Program-made: the position numbers and the translations under genes
Part shown: positions 47,001-57,200 of the stretch, in pieces
Layout: the number at the start of each line of letters is the position of its first letter
Position numbering within the stretch: the first letter of the stretch is position 1
The notes under the pieces: model-generated
What the model was told of the DNA's origin: nothing
Databases searched by the model: none
Seen by the model: only the letters and a program-made list of their open reading frames with translations
Source: a virus
Length of the DNA stretch: 64,000 nt
Strand: one strand, 5' to 3'
Virus record (IMG/VR): IMGVR_UViG_3300032268_000887
Coordinates: 1-64,000 of that record

Positions 47001-47336
47001 AATTTCATTAATTTTGTTAAGATTTTCCAAGCCCTGTTTATTCTTGGCTAGAAGAACTATATGGTTGTATACATTATCTAGTGGATCTTTTCTTTCTGCC
47101 CTGTCTCTTTTATCAAAACGGTCAGCACACATATAGCCTTCTATGCCAAGAATTGGTTTTATACCTTTTTCTTTTGCAATGCGGTAGAACTCACGATGCC
47201 CAGATAGAGTGCCATGATCTGTAATTGCCAGTGCTGGCATACCAAGAGTCACGGCACGTTCTAAATATTCTTCTGGTGTAGCAACACCATCCATTAATGA
47301 ATAGTGCGTATGTACGTGTAGTCCTATATAATTCAC
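44052..47336 (-). CDS. dnaE: DNA polymerase III alpha subunit
   Basis: HVHTHYSLMDG PHP, GRGSSAGSL, PDIDTD, HAAG, KIDALGL, YSFNKSHA. Confidence 0.97.
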   Translation of the reverse strand: MNYIGLHVHTHYSLMDGVATPEEYLERAVTLGMPALAITDHGTLSGHREFYRIAKEKGIKPILGIEGYMCADRFDKRDRAERKDPLDNVYNHIVLLAKNKQGLENLNKINEIAWTEGYFRKPRFDFETLEKYKEGIIVTSGCLSGIVTKAVELEEFAKAKKSIKWFKDTFKDDYYIEIMPHNPQQVNMHLMDLADEFNIKIVVTPDCHHSDKSQKEIQELKLILNTHAKLEKNVTYEKSKKYNDMMTKLDYLYGKDRQMSFNKFNIHLLSGTEMLEEMQKQMFTRTDMFDSTLEIMNKVEDYDIKEHLNLLPVQYKNPDQELANLAFAGLEEKRLNSNWLGNDIYEQRLDEELSIIRDKKFAPYFLVVSNMINWAKKEGIRVGPGRGSSAGSLLCYLIGITEIDPIEHGLLFFRFINPERNDFPDIDTDIQDSRREEVKDYLVRQYRHVASIATFLEFTGKGIVRDVARVLNIPLSDVNKILKTVDTWDDFCTSKSTLEFREKYPEVEVYGEQLRGRIRGTGIHAAGIVTSKEPIFKHAPLETRSSPGSENRIPVVGVDMEEAERIGLIKIDALGLKTLSVLDDTIKMIEKNHFVKINPLEIDMEDPKVYEMISDGHTKGIFQCEATPYTNLIVKMGVKNLNELAASNALVRPGAMNTIGKDYVARKHGKQAVSYLHQILKPYTEDTYGCILYQEQVMQACVHLGQMSMSEADKVRKIIGKKKDAKEFDIYKERFITGASSYITPNQARDLWHDFEAHAGYSFNKSHAVAYSTLSYWTAWLKYYYPLEFMFALLKNEKNPDNRTEYLIEAKRMGIPVKLPHINDSGKDFQIEGKGIRFGLTAIKYISDKIADKYIAARPFKSYKEVEDFTFTKGNGVNSRALAAMNAVGSLTFLDNPRNDDQIKENLYEYLNLPEFNINIPSHYHAFIQQVDEFEEKGSFILMGMVKAIKRGKGWSRVEILDKTGSVGIFDEEGTVIETGRTYLVLANDNRIISSVPIDEIKQSSSALVKFLSYKQLPFKDEEMFVVAFKPRTTKEGKKMASMTLANTSRELKSVLIFPTAFAKAYMNIKEGNSYNFVFGKTKDGTVILDDVLI

Positions 47337-47339
47337 ATA

Positions 47340-47990
47340 CTACCAATCAGCATTTGTTGCTGAAGTTACTGACGGTGAATCAAAGCCAAGATAAAAACTT
47401 TCTTGCTCTGCATATGGAATACGACGCAAAGCCAGTTCAAGTGGATAAGGCGCTATGCCTTCCCAATTAAATGGTTCTTTATCTGGAGCAGACGGAATCA
47501 TGGTATAACTAGTTTCTGTGCTTTGTCCATTACGCTTAAGTTTCCAAGTTAGATTTGAGATGCTTCCTGTTTCTAAAGCAAACTCACGAATTGTATTAAA
47601 TGATGATTGCTTGCTAACACCCATTGACCAAATTGCCACATATGGTGGTTCAATACCATCATCTACTAAAACGTTGCAATAAAAACGAAGGCGTGCTCTC
47701 CAGCCAGCCTTTGGATCTTTTCTGTGCATTTCTTCTGCCCAGTCACGACCTTCGGCATCCATGGTGTCTACAGCCTTGCGCTTATAGTCTTTTGGATTAA
47801 CATGTTCTTTTACAACAAGAGCAAGACCACGATCTGCATTGTAACTTGCAGAATCCTCATCTAGTTCTTCTATAAAACGAATTTTAACTGATTGTCCGTC
47901 AGCCAACTTAAGCCAACGAACTTTTGGTGAATCTGATTTTGGTTTGTCGAGCAGGGCGTTGATGTTCTTTAGTCCCTTAATAACGCTCAT
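47340..47990 (-). CDS. single-stranded DNA-binding protein (gp32-like)
   Basis: WLKLADGQSVKIRF...KRNG..TETSY; position between primase and polymerase. Confidence 0.55.
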   Translation of the reverse strand: MSVIKGLKNINALLDKPKSDSPKVRWLKLADGQSVKIRFIEELDEDSASYNADRGLALVVKEHVNPKDYKRKAVDTMDAEGRDWAEEMHRKDPKAGWRARLRFYCNVLVDDGIEPPYVAIWSMGVSKQSSFNTIREFALETGSISNLTWKLKRNGQSTETSYTMIPSAPDKEPFNWEGIAPYPLELALRRIPYAEQESFYLGFDSPSVTSATNADW

Positions 47991-48016
47991 AGTTTTCTCC
48001 TTTGTGTTTTGTATAT

Positions 48017-48949
48017 CTAGTTTAGCATAAGCGATATAGATTTGTCAAACTGAAATTCTAGATTCCTGATTGCATTATCATCCATATCGCCTATGTCTTT
48101 ATATTCTGTATTAAGTTGTATTACGGAGACACGAGATTTTAATTTTTCAATTATTCTCTCTTTCATGTTTCCCCCTGCTTCATCGTTATCTGCAATAACA
48201 ATAATGTTATTGAAATATTTTTGAAGCAAATCTATTTGTGTGTTTGATACATTGGCCCCTAGGGTAGCAACAGCAGCAAAGCCAACCTGATCTAGCCTAA
48301 TTGCATCAAATGAAGATTCTACTACATAAACCTTTTCTGATGCCTTAACTCTGTAAAGATTAAAAAGTGTTTTTGCTTTTGGAAGTTTGGGAGTATTTTT
48401 AAAATCTTTTCCTTCAATAGACCTTCCAACAAAACCAACTGCCAATCCGTCTGGAGAATGAACTGGAACAGTAACCATATCTTGTTTTTCTGAATAGCCT
48501 AAGTTAAATTTAATAACTGAGTCTTTTGTTATTTTTCTGCTTTCATAATAAGACATAGCCCTTGGTGAAATTAATGCGTGATTATTTAATCTTTTAATAA
48601 CTAATTCATCAAAAGCAATATATTCTGGAACATCTACAAGGGCTTTGTTAACAAACTGTTCAATGTTTGTTTCTTTCCCTTTACTTGCAATAAATCTAAT
48701 TGTTTCAAAGTAGGTTCTATTTGTAGCATTCATGACTAACTCAACTAAATCTTTAGTTTCTTGACAAGAAAAACAAAAGAATGTTCCTTTTGTTTTTGAC
48801 ACTTCTCCTGCAGGGGTTCTAAAATTATTGTGATACGGACAAAATATCATAAAGTCATTATCCATTTCTGACTCTATATTAATACCAGATCCGTCTAGTA
48901 CTCTTTTTACCTGATCTTCGCTATATAAATCTATTTTATTATTTGCCAC
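48017..48949 (-). CDS. dnaG: DNA primase (Zn finger + Toprim)
   Basis: CPYH...CFSC, GFVGR, VVESSFDAI, DNDEAG, KDIGD. Confidence 0.9.
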   Translation of the reverse strand: MANNKIDLYSEDQVKRVLDGSGINIESEMDNDFMIFCPYHNNFRTPAGEVSKTKGTFFCFSCQETKDLVELVMNATNRTYFETIRFIASKGKETNIEQFVNKALVDVPEYIAFDELVIKRLNNHALISPRAMSYYESRKITKDSVIKFNLGYSEKQDMVTVPVHSPDGLAVGFVGRSIEGKDFKNTPKLPKAKTLFNLYRVKASEKVYVVESSFDAIRLDQVGFAAVATLGANVSNTQIDLLQKYFNNIIVIADNDEAGGNMKERIIEKLKSRVSVIQLNTEYKDIGDMDDNAIRNLEFQFDKSISLMLN

Positions 48950-50168
48950 TTAGATCCTCAAAATCTTTATATCGATAGTATCCTTTATCAAAGTCTGCTT
49001 GAACTAAAAATTCTCCCATAAAACCATTTCTATTTTTTCTAAAAGCACATTCAATAATATCACTATTTGCTGCTCGGCCTAATGCTAGCACCCAGTCTGC
49101 ATCATAGGCAATCTGTCTAGACCAAGCGGTTTGGCCCAGTGTAGGCACTGTGTTAAGGTTTGTGACATCATCTGGGGTTGCTGATGAGATAGCAATGATA
49201 GGTACTTCTTCACCAATTGCCATAAGTTTTAATTCTCTTGAAAGGTTTTTCATTCTTACCGTTTCGTTATCAGATTTTTGGTTTGGAGACATTAGTTGTA
49301 GATAATCTACAATAACAAAGTCTGGTCTGTATTGATCAATTTTTCCACGGACAACTGAAGGGTTTACTTCTCCACCACTGTCATTTGAAATAATGTGAAA
49401 CTCTGGTTTTCCAACTAGATTTTTTTCATGCCATGACTTTAACATATCTAGTTCAATCTCACCATTGCTTATTTTTCTGTGTGACCAAACGCCTTGTCCC
49501 ATAATAGTGTATACACGATTTCTAACTTCTACCTCTGACATTTCTAAACTTATTACTAGTGGAGACTTGCCTTGTTTCCACGCTTGTACCGCAAAATAAA
49601 GAGCAAGCCAAGATTTACCAATTCCTGGATATGCAAGAAAAACGCCAAGTTGTCCTGGCATGATTCCAGATGGCAGGTAATTATCAAATCCTGGTAAGCC
49701 TGTTTTAATTCCAATTGCGCCCAACTCTTTCATCTTTTGAACATTAGTAAAATACGCAAGAGCAGAGTCTAAATCCGTAGCATCAATATCTCTAATTGTT
49801 GCAACATTCTTTTTTAATTCTGATGTTTTATTAATTAACCCTGTTAGGGCTATGTCTCCATTTCCACCCTGAACATCTGTTGCAGCAGACCTTAAAATAT
49901 CTTTTAAACTATCGGTTAAATATTCGGCCTGTAATTCTTCTAAATGATACTTAGTTGCACCAATATTTTCTATTGTTTGAAAATCCCTAAATTTTTCAAC
50001 AACCAATGACTCGGGAGGAACTGCATTGTTGGCCTCATAATACTTTCTTATAAATAGCCAAAGGTCTGTATGTGTTTTTAAAAGATTTTCAACATTAGCC
50101 TGCAAAAGAACATGCATTTGTTTATCTTTAAGAAGTGCCGATATAAGTTTAGATTCTGTGTTATTCAC
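48939..50168 (-). CDS. dnaB: replicative DnaB-like helicase
   Basis: AYPGIGKS, SLEMS, VDYLQLM, SRELK, YDAD, KNRNG. Confidence 0.92.
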   Translation of the reverse strand: MNNTESKLISALLKDKQMHVLLQANVENLLKTHTDLWLFIRKYYEANNAVPPESLVVEKFRDFQTIENIGATKYHLEELQAEYLTDSLKDILRSAATDVQGGNGDIALTGLINKTSELKKNVATIRDIDATDLDSALAYFTNVQKMKELGAIGIKTGLPGFDNYLPSGIMPGQLGVFLAYPGIGKSWLALYFAVQAWKQGKSPLVISLEMSEVEVRNRVYTIMGQGVWSHRKISNGEIELDMLKSWHEKNLVGKPEFHIISNDSGGEVNPSVVRGKIDQYRPDFVIVDYLQLMSPNQKSDNETVRMKNLSRELKLMAIGEEVPIIAISSATPDDVTNLNTVPTLGQTAWSRQIAYDADWVLALGRAANSDIIECAFRKNRNGFMGEFLVQADFDKGYYRYKDFEDLSGK

Positions 50169-50469
50169 TTAGCCACTCCTTTGCAAGTCTTTTTCGTTCT
50201 TCACGTTCTTTATCATCTTTAATTTTATTTAATTTTGCTTGAAGTATTTTCTCTGCATTGTATGCAAAGTAATTCCAAGAGGGGGCTGAAGCAACATCAA
50301 AATAGTACTGAAGTAAATCATAGCACTGTCCTATGCCGTAGGATTCTATTAAAGCGTCAGAAGCCCATTGCTCAACATTTAAGTTTAACGATGCTTTTTG
50401 CTCATACTTTGCCGTATGTAACTTACTATACCTACTTAGCAAAGCCATTCGGTCTTTGCGTTCAGCCAC
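50161..50469 (-). CDS. hypothetical protein
   Basis: ORF in the replication operon. Confidence 0.55.
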   Translation of the reverse strand: MAERKDRMALLSRYSKLHTAKYEQKASLNLNVEQWASDALIESYGIGQCYDLLQYYFDVASAPSWNYFAYNAEKILQAKLNKIKDDKEREERKRLAKEWLSE

Positions 50470-50696
50470 TATACGTCTATTTCTGCTTTGGCTTCGTTAA
50501 GTTTATTGGTTAATTTATCTTCAACAAACTTATAAACTCTTTCAAAAGCCTGATCCGTATTTTCCCCATCACGCCTGCTATCGACTACGCCAAGATCAAG
50601 CCTTAGTGATTGGAAATTTCCAAGGTTTAGCGTATAGCCAAGTGTTACTGATACTTTGGTTGGTTCATTTATTGCCACAGGATTATTGTCTGACAT
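50469..50696 (-). CDS. hypothetical protein
   Basis: LGYTLNLGNFQSLRLD; SD AAGGGG. Confidence 0.55.
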   Translation of the reverse strand: MSDNNPVAINEPTKVSVTLGYTLNLGNFQSLRLDLGVVDSRRDGENTDQAFERVYKFVEDKLTNKLNEAKAEIDV

Positions 50697-50718
50697 CTTG
50701 TTACCCCTTTCAATTTAA

Positions 50719-51264
50719 CTATCTTATTGATTCGTTCCAAATAGGAATAAATCTTCCATCTTCAGTTTTCGTATATGTAAGTATACCATCGCCCATTTTT
50801 CTTGTCAACTCTTGTTTTGTGGGAGTCATATTGTTTGTAATTAATCCATCCTTTCTAGGTTGGCCAATATGTATACTTGCAAGTATATCACGTATCTCTT
50901 TTACTTGTGATTCAGAGTAGTATGCTCTTATCTGATATCCACGCTTTCCATTTTCAGAACAGCCAAGTGGAGGAGGAATGACTCCTCGTTTTATTAAACT
51001 TGGCATGTATTTTCTATGCCTATTGACAAGTTTAGCGGTCTCTGCTATAGTATATGCCTTTTCTCTATTTTTTTTAAAATCTAAAATAAAACAAAGTTCA
51101 ATTTTATTTTTAACAATATTATAAATAGCAACAGTTCCATCTGATCTATTGTAGTGACGAATTCTAACTAAGTCTTTATTTAAAAACCAAACTGAGCCAC
51201 TACCTTTTATTACAGATGACTGATTGTATTCTTGGCCCTCAATTTTTCCTTTTGCAGTAGCCAT
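50719..51264 (-). CDS. MerR-like HTH DNA-binding protein
   Basis: YTIAETAKLVNR...RGVIPPP...RAYYSE.QV. Confidence 0.6.
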   Translation of the reverse strand: MATAKGKIEGQEYNQSSVIKGSGSVWFLNKDLVRIRHYNRSDGTVAIYNIVKNKIELCFILDFKKNREKAYTIAETAKLVNRHRKYMPSLIKRGVIPPPLGCSENGKRGYQIRAYYSESQVKEIRDILASIHIGQPRKDGLITNNMTPTKQELTRKMGDGILTYTKTEDGRFIPIWNESIR

Positions 51265-51401
51265 AGCCCCTCACTTGATGTTGACGGTGGATTATAAAAT
51301 TTTCTAGTACCACATTTTAAGCAAAATGTTTCTAAGTGCTGTTCTTGACTGTACTGTCGATCAATAAACATTCTATCTTTACATTTTGGACATTTAATCA
51401 T
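51210..51401 (-). CDS. small Zn-ribbon protein
   Basis: CPKC...CLKCG. Confidence 0.55.
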   Translation of the reverse strand: MIKCPKCKDRMFIDRQYSQEQHLETFCLKCGTRKFYNPPSTSSEGLWLLQKEKLRAKNTISHL

Positions 51402-51844
51402 TAATTTGGAATGCCTACAATAATAAGATTTACCCATACTGATAAATCTCCAGACGCTCCGAATTTTACGCTCCCCTCTACACGAGAAGTTGTAATATTT
51501 TTTAAAATTATAGATACATTTTTTCCTGCTGGAGTGTTTCCTACGTTAACTGGGGTTGCCGTAACAATTGGAGCATACTTAAAGTTAGTGCTAAAGTTAT
51601 AGAAAAAATCTTTTTCTGTTGTTGGCGTTACGGTCGTGTTATTAAAAATTTCAACTCGGCCAGCAACTACTCTTAACTCTGAGGTTTTTACGTTTGTTTT
51701 ATCTGATCCAATTGTGTCTACTGTTGCATAATTAGAAGTTGTTGAAGAAACTTCTGACGCAAGATCATTTACGGCTTCGGCCAATTGGTAGATGTACGTT
51801 ACATCTAAAGGCTGTCCTCTTTCTGGTAATGGTATTTTTGACAT
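51401..51844 (-). CDS. virion/tail-associated protein (H-type-lectin-like C-terminus)
   Basis: FKYAPIVTATP...VNLIIVG; end of the tail gene block. Confidence 0.45.
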   Translation of the reverse strand: MSKIPLPERGQPLDVTYIYQLAEAVNDLASEVSSTTSNYATVDTIGSDKTNVKTSELRVVAGRVEIFNNTTVTPTTEKDFFYNFSTNFKYAPIVTATPVNVGNTPAGKNVSIILKNITTSRVEGSVKFGASGDLSVWVNLIIVGIPN

Positions 51845-51865
51845 TTTTCTCCTTTTACTATTATA

Positions 51866-52420
51866 TCAGGTCAAACTTTTTAAATCACTAATTAGATACG
51901 TGGCTGCATTAAATGGTCCCTTTAATATGGTCACCTTTTGCACTCTAATTTTAATATGGCTTGGAGCATCAACAGTATATGGATAAGAGATTGAATAACT
52001 TGTTCCTGTAGATTTTCCAACCCAAATCCAGTTACTTAAAACGCTGTCTGTTGTCCATTGAACATAAATATCAAATTCTTTAATTGATGCCTGCTCTGCT
52101 TGTAATATTTTTTCTTCATCTGTTGGATCAGCAATTAATAAGGAAGGCAGTGTCCATGAAATATTAACTATGTGTGCGCTAGTGTCAACACTAACATTGT
52201 GAGGAATGTTAGTAGTTTCTGGACTACTTGGATTAAAGCCAGTTTCAATAAATGTATTTTGTATTTCTATTTGTTTTATTGGAGACCAGTGTGAGAACCT
52301 GTTCTTGTCTTCTGATAATATTCGATATCTTAGCGTATAGACTAAGTTTGTATTGTCTCCTAATGTTGGGGGGAGGTCAGATGACTTTATAATACTTTGT
52401 TTAATGCCAGCGTCTGCCAT
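51866..52420 (-). CDS. putative tail/structural protein
   Basis: YRILSEDKNRFSHWSP, FN3-like; position. Confidence 0.5.
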   Translation of the reverse strand: MADAGIKQSIIKSSDLPPTLGDNTNLVYTLRYRILSEDKNRFSHWSPIKQIEIQNTFIETGFNPSSPETTNIPHNVSVDTSAHIVNISWTLPSLLIADPTDEEKILQAEQASIKEFDIYVQWTTDSVLSNWIWVGKSTGTSYSISYPYTVDAPSHIKIRVQKVTILKGPFNAATYLISDLKSLT

Positions 52421-53544
52421 TATCCCACACCAATAGAAAATTTAAATTCTACGTAGTTGCTTGTGTTTGAAGATTTAATAATTGTTGTAGCGTTGTCATT
52501 TTGAACAACTGAATACCCCACTAGTCCATAAAGTGGATTTATTGTGTTTAAATTTTCAAGTCTGAGTGCATCTAAGACAACATAAAAGTCATCAGACTCA
52601 GTCCCACCATCAACAACTGACACATAAATATTAATAGTATCAGCAGTGGCCCATGTAAAATTTGATGTGGTGTAAAGTTCCTGCTTTTGTTTTTTTACAA
52701 TGCAATATCTGTTATTTACAAAATCTTGTTGTCCAGAACCACTACCGTTAGCAACGGTTGCTTCAAATCTGGAAAATTTAGTTTCATCACTACTGCTAAC
52801 AAACTCAACAATAACTTTAACTGTATCTGGAACTGCTACAGAATCTCCGTCTTTATTTATTACAGAAAATGCTAGGCTTAATTCATCTGAAGGAGCATTC
52901 TTCGAAAGATCTAAAGATATCCCACTTGTTCTAATGTGTTGAGGGTCACTTCCTACAACTAAATGTCCTCCAGAACTTGTCATTGTCGAAGAGTCTCCAC
53001 GTATTGCAATAATGTTATTGTAATATCTGCAACGCTCATACCTTTCTGCCCTGTTTGTATTATAAAAAATTTTGTTGTCTGCATTGGTTTCAAAAATTTT
53101 TGACGTTGTTTCAATTACGTTATCTGATAACGATCCATCTAGGGGCTGCGTAATTCTTTCAATATCTACAGTTGCGCTTGGAGAAACGTGTTGCCAATTT
53201 TCTGTTTGTGTAAAAGTTAACAAAGTTCTACTATCATAGGCTCCAGCATAAGGGTTTGATCCAGCAGAATAAATACCAATTTCAGAAATTTCATACCTTT
53301 CTTCTGTTGGTAACTCTGCTGTTAACACCAACTTTGACTGTCCATCTTCTACAACATATCCTCTTGAACTTATTGGTATGCGAAACATTTCAAAATCTAA
53401 ATTTTCTTTTGTAGCGTAATCTGGTGGGCTATCGGATGTATCTAGGGGTTTAGGTCCGCAGCCAAGAGCCATGTATGAAGCATATGCTGGAGTCTGGCCC
53501 AACAAATATTTTGCAATAATGTACTTTCCAGTGTTAGTTATCAT
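52420..53544 (-). CDS. putative tail/baseplate protein
   Basis: MITNTG...YMALG...ISEIGIY; position. Confidence 0.55.
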   Translation of the reverse strand: MITNTGKYIIAKYLLGQTPAYASYMALGCGPKPLDTSDSPPDYATKENLDFEMFRIPISSRGYVVEDGQSKLVLTAELPTEERYEISEIGIYSAGSNPYAGAYDSRTLLTFTQTENWQHVSPSATVDIERITQPLDGSLSDNVIETTSKIFETNADNKIFYNTNRAERYERCRYYNNIIAIRGDSSTMTSSGGHLVVGSDPQHIRTSGISLDLSKNAPSDELSLAFSVINKDGDSVAVPDTVKVIVEFVSSSDETKFSRFEATVANGSGSGQQDFVNNRYCIVKKQKQELYTTSNFTWATADTINIYVSVVDGGTESDDFYVVLDALRLENLNTINPLYGLVGYSVVQNDNATTIIKSSNTSNYVEFKFSIGVG

Positions 53545-54221
53545 GATTCTCCCGCTTCAAGCACTATAGTATACATTGTACCACTTATGCTCAATTGCAC
53601 CTCTATCTGTTCGTCTATATCCAAATTCACTAAATCAATAACAATGTCTTGGCTATCATTTAAATATACATTTTCTCCATTAGGGCCGTTACCAATAAAA
53701 GGTATTTTATTTTCTAGTTTAATACCAAAATTAGAAAAATATTTGTCTGAAGTATTTTGTAGGCTTAATAAGCGCTTTGAAGAAAATTCTTGATTTAAAG
53801 ATGTTAAATTTTTAATCAATTGATTAGGAACGTAATCTCCTGAAATTGTGTCATGTCTGGACATAGACAAAAGTTCTTGTCCTCCAATGTCTTCAAACAA
53901 AATATCAATTAACGTTATGGCTGGCAGAGTTTCATCATCAAACAAAATTATTTCCGGTGTAGCAGTTTTTACTTTATACGTTGTTGGTGGGGGTGGTGGT
54001 GGGGCTGGTAAATTTATTGGAACCGCAGTAACGGTTGGCACAAAGATAACAGGGTCGGAAGAAAATGGTACTATGTCTACTACTACTGTTTTATCTTTTG
54101 CTTTAATTGATGTAGTATCTCCTCTTTCTCCCGCTCTATAATTATTCCAGTCCTCACCTCTTGTTACGGCTTTTGTTGTTTTTGAAATAAACTTACCTTC
54201 TCCCGAATTTTCTCCTGGCAT
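53541..54221 (-). CDS. putative tail protein with polyproline linker
   Basis: LPAPPPPPPTT; position. Confidence 0.5.
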   Translation of the reverse strand: MPGENSGEGKFISKTTKAVTRGEDWNNYRAGERGDTTSIKAKDKTVVVDIVPFSSDPVIFVPTVTAVPINLPAPPPPPPTTYKVKTATPEIILFDDETLPAITLIDILFEDIGGQELLSMSRHDTISGDYVPNQLIKNLTSLNQEFSSKRLLSLQNTSDKYFSNFGIKLENKIPFIGNGPNGENVYLNDSQDIVIDLVNLDIDEQIEVQLSISGTMYTIVLEAGES

Positions 54222-54222
54222 G

Positions 54223-57200
54223 TTACACCTCCGCCATATATAGTGTCATGCTTGGGCCACTAACATTTCTTTTATAGTCTATGTTATATATAACAAACTG
54301 TTTATTTGAGTCTGAAATTAAATCTACCCCATCTTTGTTGTAATCAATTTTAACTATATCCCCTAGTTGAATTATTGGTAATGAGAATATTTCTGCGCCA
54401 ACTAGTTTTTTAGGTTTCATTGATTTTTCAACAATCCACCCCAAAATATTTTCAGCGTCTGACGATGTTTGAATATATGGAGTTTCTAAAGTAAAACTAC
54501 TAACCCCATAATTTATTCTACTTTGCTTAATTTGATTGTAATCTTGAATGTTTATTAATTCAGACCTAATTGTTGTATTATCTAAATTGTTTGACTCAGA
54601 AAAATTTGACTTTTTATTAAAATAATCATCCACAGATAACGTGTATGTTGTGTCTTGTGTAAATGTTATTCCTTGAATTTTTAAAAAATTTCCTCCAGTT
54701 CCATCTAAGGAAAGTACGGAATCTGTTGCATTAAATACTAAAAATTCTGCTCCGTAAGAGTCTGCTTGAAAACCGGAAACAACGTATCCTTTTATTGTGC
54801 TTGGGGAGGGGGACATTTTTGCATACAACGCTGGATATGCTTTATCATATTTTATATTAAAAGATGCAACTTCTCTAAAAATAGAACCAAACTCATCATA
54901 ATACATGTTGTATCTTGGTGGCTCTAAACTGGATATTCCACTCAAATATGTAGATTGAACAATTCCACTCATTGCATATTTTCTTAGTGCTGAATTGGCG
55001 TTAACCTGGTTTGCTCCAAATACTGAAGATATAGAGTCAGTAACATTAAACACTGTATTCTGAGAATAATTTTCTCCTAAAGCATAAATATTTTCAAACA
55101 TGCATTTTGAAGACCCTCTTACAAAAAGAGAAACATTGTTGTATGCTGGCAAGGGTTCAGCGTCGTCAACTATACCAACTAATTTATTGTTAATATATAA
55201 ATAAAATTTTCTTGTTGTTCCGACATTGGAGTACTCAACTGCTAAGTCATATACGGTTGGATTTTCTTCTCCAGATTTTCTATACTGGCCAGTAAACTTG
55301 CCATCATCTACCAAGACATTAGTTAACCCTGACCAAAGTTTTATTGGTATGGCATTTCCAGAACTATCTTTTTTAATTTTATAAAAAACAATATTTGAAA
55401 TACTGTTTTCAGATGACCCATCAGAATTAACTTTTAAATATGATTCAACATTTTTTTCTGTTAATGCAACTATTTCAAAGTAATAGCCATTATTTGTTTC
55501 TGGGTTGATCATAAGACCAAGACCGCCAGATCCGCCACCAATGCTTGAATTTTGATTTGGCTGTGTTGTTGGCACTTGATAATATGCTGAACTGCCTATT
55601 GGGGTTTGAAGTCTATCTTCATTACTTCCCTGATTTCCAACAATTCTTATTCTAGTTCCAAAATGTTTATAAGAATTGTTTAATGGTTTGTATACATAAG
55701 ATATAAAGTCTATAGGGGTATCTGTAGAGGTAAATGATGGGCCAGACATGACTAAGGCTGAGGACTGCATAGTTCCGCTTTGGGTTGATTGCAGACTATT
55801 AAGTTCTGTCTCTGTTAAATAATTGCTTGCCATAAAATTTCTGACTATGCCAGTTCTTGAAGATTTTTTAGCCAATACGTTATTAATTCCAGCAGCCCCT
55901 TCTGTAAGATTTAGAGGATACTCAATTGTTGAATTGGTTGTAAACAGATATTCCGATTTCATCGTACATCCACGAAGATATGTATTTTCAGTCCAATGAC
56001 TGGATATTCCAGACAAATGTTCGCTAATTAGAGTTCCAAACTGTCCCCTGCCATGTTCAAAAACTGGACCATTTTTTATTTTTGTTTCGCCATCTATTGT
56101 TTCATAATACGGGTTTGCTAAAATTCTAATAAGTCCAGTAGGATATATTTTTCCATTAAAGGGAAGAGATGCCATGTACTCTTGATACTCTTGATTATTT
56201 GATATCCAAACATTTCCAGTTCCTGTTACATTAAACTGGACAGCATCATATCTAAGAATTTCCCCATTAGAATAAAAATAACCTTTGTGTTGAGTTATCC
56301 AATAAATATTTTCTCCAAGATCCACAACATTATTAATAATGGATCTATTGACAACTGACGGAACTAATGCTGGTAAATTAGAATTAATTGGCATAGCGCT
56401 TAGCGCAAGACTTGACTGTTTGGCTACTTGTGAATTTATTGTTTTTAGTACGTCTTGTCCTGATGCTTCCCATAGCAATGATGGTTTATATATCCAAGTT
56501 TTTTCTTTATCAATTAACGTGCTTTGTTTAATCGATCCATAAGATCTTTGTATGTACCTTTGAGTATAATTTATTTTCCCGTCGTTGTATATTTTTTTAT
56601 CATTTGAGGATATAGAAATGATGTTAGGCAATTCTGATGATGTTTGTTTGTTTTTAATTTGACCAAGTTTTGCCTGATTGTTGGTGCCAACTAAAGTAAA
56701 AGATGACTCTCTTTCTCCAGCATTTGGCATTATGTAGTTTTTACTCATAACAGTAAAATTATTGTATTCATCAAAAAACATTGCAGTTTGAGTTGATACG
56801 GCCAAGTCATTTAGAACTTGGGCTAAAGTTTGATCTGGAGCAATAAAGAAAAAGGGAATGGTTGGGTCTTTTTCTAGTCCTATTCTTTTAAATGTATAGT
56901 TAGAAAATCCGACTGAGTCTAGTAATGTCGATATTGCAAAACTTAAAGAAACATCTGTCAATAGCATTCTTGGTGCCGTTTGAGATTCAAAATAAAAATA
57001 AAAATCACGTAATTCAATTGAGACTAAAGAGCCGTCATCGCTTGCTTGTGGAAAATTGTCTGAGTATAATGTTTTTATTGGTACAAAATAATCAATAGTA
57101 AAATCATCATTATATATGTTTTCATAAAAAACAAATTTTATATTTTTATTTAAATAATTTTTTATAATACTGTTTTCATTGTTTTCATTAAAAGATAAGT

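Noticed and set aside
33499-50168. Inteins or introns in terL, dnaE, recA, dnaB
   Set aside because: Lengths are normal and there are no C/S...HN splice motifs or LAGLIDADG blocks.
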